The position numbers and the translations under genes were made by a program. Under the pieces are notes generated by a model. The model had not been told where the DNA came from. It ran no database searches and was given only the letters and a program-made list of their open reading frames with translations. A stretch of DNA of 64,000 nt from positions 4,642 to 68,641 of the forward strand of contig MHDC01000011.1 of NCBI GenBank assembly GCA_001803415.1, given 5' to 3'. The DNA comes from Microgenomates group bacterium RBG_16_45_19 (lineage in GTDB: Bacteria; Patescibacteriota; Microgenomatia; UBA1400; RBG-16-45-19). Shown here piece after piece: positions 63,661 to 64,000 of this stretch (positions are counted from its first letter, which is position 1; every line of letters starts with the position of its first letter).

Positions 63661-63984
63661 TTAGGGTTGGCAATTGGCGGGGAGGGTGGGGGTAAAGATG
63701 TCAAGCCAGAGGCGGATGCCGTCGGGGAAGTTGGAGGGGAAAGGTGGGCAAGTGCCATAGCCGACTTTCCAGCGGCAGAGGAGCTGCTCCAGGTCGCCGC
63801 CGACGGTATTTAGAGTGTTGGCCAGCTGTTGGATTTGGCTGGCCATGGAGCCACCACCGCGAGCGCCCAAATAGTCGCGGGATATAGCGCCAAAAGCTGA
63901 CTCGTGAGCGGCCAAGGCCATGACTAAGGCGGGATTGAGACCTGCCTGTACGGCTAGATTCTGCAGTTGTTGCCAGTCGCTCAT
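63661..63984 (-). CDS. small hypothetical protein, weakly lytic-transglycosylase-like
   Basis: ALVMALAAHESAFGAISRDYLGARG weakly resembles the SLT catalytic ES..G...S..GA.G motif. 107 aa. Confidence 0.25.
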   Translation of the reverse strand: MSDWQQLQNLAVQAGLNPALVMALAAHESAFGAISRDYLGARGGGSMASQIQQLANTLNTVGGDLEQLLCRWKVGYGTCPPFPSNFPDGIRLWLDIFTPTLPANCQP

Positions 63985-64000
63985 AAAGTTGTCAAAAGCT

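Overview
The window is 64 kb at about 50-55% GC and is densely coding, mostly on the minus strand. It looks like a small-genome, probably Candidate Phyla Radiation / Patescibacteria-like bacterium, and it spans the chromosomal replication origin.

Core genes recognised:
- groES-groEL with a downstream rho-independent terminator
- def, a tsaC-tsaE fusion, tsaD and a HIT protein
- a SUF Fe-S operon: Rrf2 regulator, sufC, sufB, a short sufD, sufS and sufU
- ridA, cutA, valS, rplY and rnhA
- the origin block rpmH-rnpA-yidD ... yidC-jag with dnaA-dnaN opposite; the rpmH CDS is absent from the ORF track and was found by eye

Accessory content:
- A NiFe-hydrogenase module: large and small subunits, an FNR-like flavoprotein, a Pro-rich-extended ferredoxin, hypC and a putative maturation protease.
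- Gram-positive-style type IV secretion (T4SS)-like genes interleaved with the origin housekeeping genes: a VirB4-like ATPase, a TraD/VirD4-like ATPase, a PrgI-like protein, a 907-aa M23 peptidase membrane protein and a VirB6-like polytopic protein.
- A 313-aa extremely cysteine-rich protein with an internal duplication, translationally coupled to a zinc-ribbon protein and the T4CP-like ATPase. All three are inserted between yidD and yidC.
- A low-GC, differently codon-biased island at 57.2-61.9 kb: HEPN/MNT pair, HhH protein and a 1153-aa orphan with no recognisable domain.
- At least five further type II toxin-antitoxin pairs.
- A dispersed family of 7-bp tandem repeats in gene leaders and a G19 homopolymer.

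No rRNA, tRNA or CRISPR array was recognised. All calls are by eye from motifs. Start codons are approximate, and the ORF track translates TTG/GTG starts as M.
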